Origin: Haliotis rufescens
Taxonomy: Eukaryota
Direction of reading: 5' to 3'
Assembly (NCBI RefSeq): GCF_023055435.1
Contig: NW_025963813.1
Location: forward strand, 38,440,001 to 38,504,000
DNA length: 64,000 nt
A program made the translations under genes and the position numbers. Shown piece after piece: positions 62,591-64,000 of this stretch. The stretch's first letter is position 1, and each line of letters opens with the position of its first letter. The notes under the pieces were generated by a model. That model ran no database searches, had not been told where the DNA came from, and was given only the letters and a program-made list of their open reading frames with translations.

Positions 62591-64000
62591 TATATATACA
62601 TGTGTATTAAATGTCAACAAAGCGTTTTCGTAATCAAAATACATGTAGCGCGGGAAGTCCCTACGGTGACTGGTCAAATTGTTCCATACGTACAACTATC
62701 CGGCAATAGCAGTCACCTGTACCAAAGTGCTACGCTTATTGTTCTTATAATTTTGAATATATACAGTGAAAGCTGTAACTAAAATGACACGATATTGGAA
62801 TTTCTTCCGGCCATTGCATCACATTCTCTTTTTATACGTACATGTACGTTGTTTCATCTTCTAAATAATAATATTCTTTGACTTAACTGATCTGAACTAG
62901 AACGTATATCTAGTACACCACGTTTGGGAAGATTTCCACGGCGATCGATGACTAAGTGAGATCGTTTATCGCCTGACTAACGCCGTTAGAATTTGGCACA
63001 GTTGTCTAATTTTGGTATGTTAACATGTGCTTTTCATGTCTGTTTGAAGGTGTGCTATTAAAAAACAATACGTTTTTTATTTTTTTTTATTTTTTAAAAT
63101 CTTTATTCACATTTCAAATAAAATACAATGTGCAACATTTCAACAATTATACATAATTCAAAATCCACTCCCTTTATATCAAACTTTCAAAGCATATTGC
63201 AAATATAGACATTAATAAAATATGATATCATGTTATATTCCTAGGATTGAAAAGTTTGTGCAAGGAAGACCAGAACTAAAAGACAGCTGTATAAATGCAA
63301 TTTAAGAATGCAATTAATTTGGTCATATTGTACTATCTAATAATTTTACCTTAAATATATTTCAACTTAAGCTGAAAACCCTTTTCGTGATTGTTTAAAC
63401 ACAATACATTTGATAAGTAATATAACTACATTGAGAGAGTTGTCTCCCTTCCACTGATGTCGTTAACCAGTTGAGAACAAGCTCCCACGTCTGAGCAACA
63501 TATTCACAATCATAAAATCAAAAACACTAATGTACATACAGTTGAGTACGGGAATGGAATCTTTTACAGTGAGAAAGCTGTCAAATTGGATCCAAGATTG
63601 CACAGCCTTTTTTAAATATTTGAGCCACACATATTATTCTCGAATGGTTCAATAAATAACATAAATAGTAACTGCACACAATATACAGATAACAGATTTC
63701 TGAATGACAAAAGGTTTTCATTGTAAATGTAAAAAAGGTGTTGATAATTTAAATAGTTTTCAATATACTTTTATTTACCCTGCTTGATCTAAATTATCAA
63801 TTATTTCGATCAATACAGTGTGATCTACATTCGTATTAAGTAATATTTGATTTTTTTGTTTCCTTACTAAAAAATATAATATGTATAAAATATATCTTGT
63901 CTGAGAGAGTGAGTCAGTGAGTACTGTGTTACGCCGCTTTTAGCAATATTCCAGCAATATCATGGCTGGTGACTCTAGTCTGAGAGCAAGATGAATCGAT

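Overview
AT-rich, repeat-rich eukaryotic genomic DNA, probably an invertebrate such as a gastropod mollusc (inferred from the SINE/LINE types only). The window is a tandem cluster of secreted heparanase-like glycoside hydrolase family 79 (GH79) genes, which I reconstructed exon by exon from splice sites and reading frame. It holds five complete 10-exon genes (B on +; C, D, E, F on -), one partial gene running off the left edge (A, exons 1-4), an orphan signal-peptide exon 1, a dead exon-1/promoter copy, a stray promoter copy, a pseudo-exon, and a decayed + strand pseudogene (G). All intact copies keep the catalytic GNEP motif, and B-F also show WLGET. All lack the inhibitory linker and the basic heparin-binding patches of vertebrate heparanase, and they diverge mainly in active-site loops. 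Splice architecture is unusual: a possible mutually exclusive exon 8 pair, tandemly amplified splice sites, a conserved GC-AG intron and GAG acceptors. Intergenic and intronic DNA holds four SINE-like families, LINE, Penelope-like (with a hammerhead-like motif), Tc1 and Crypton-like remnants, a TIR element and fold-back hairpins. There is one assembly gap (47161-47295).
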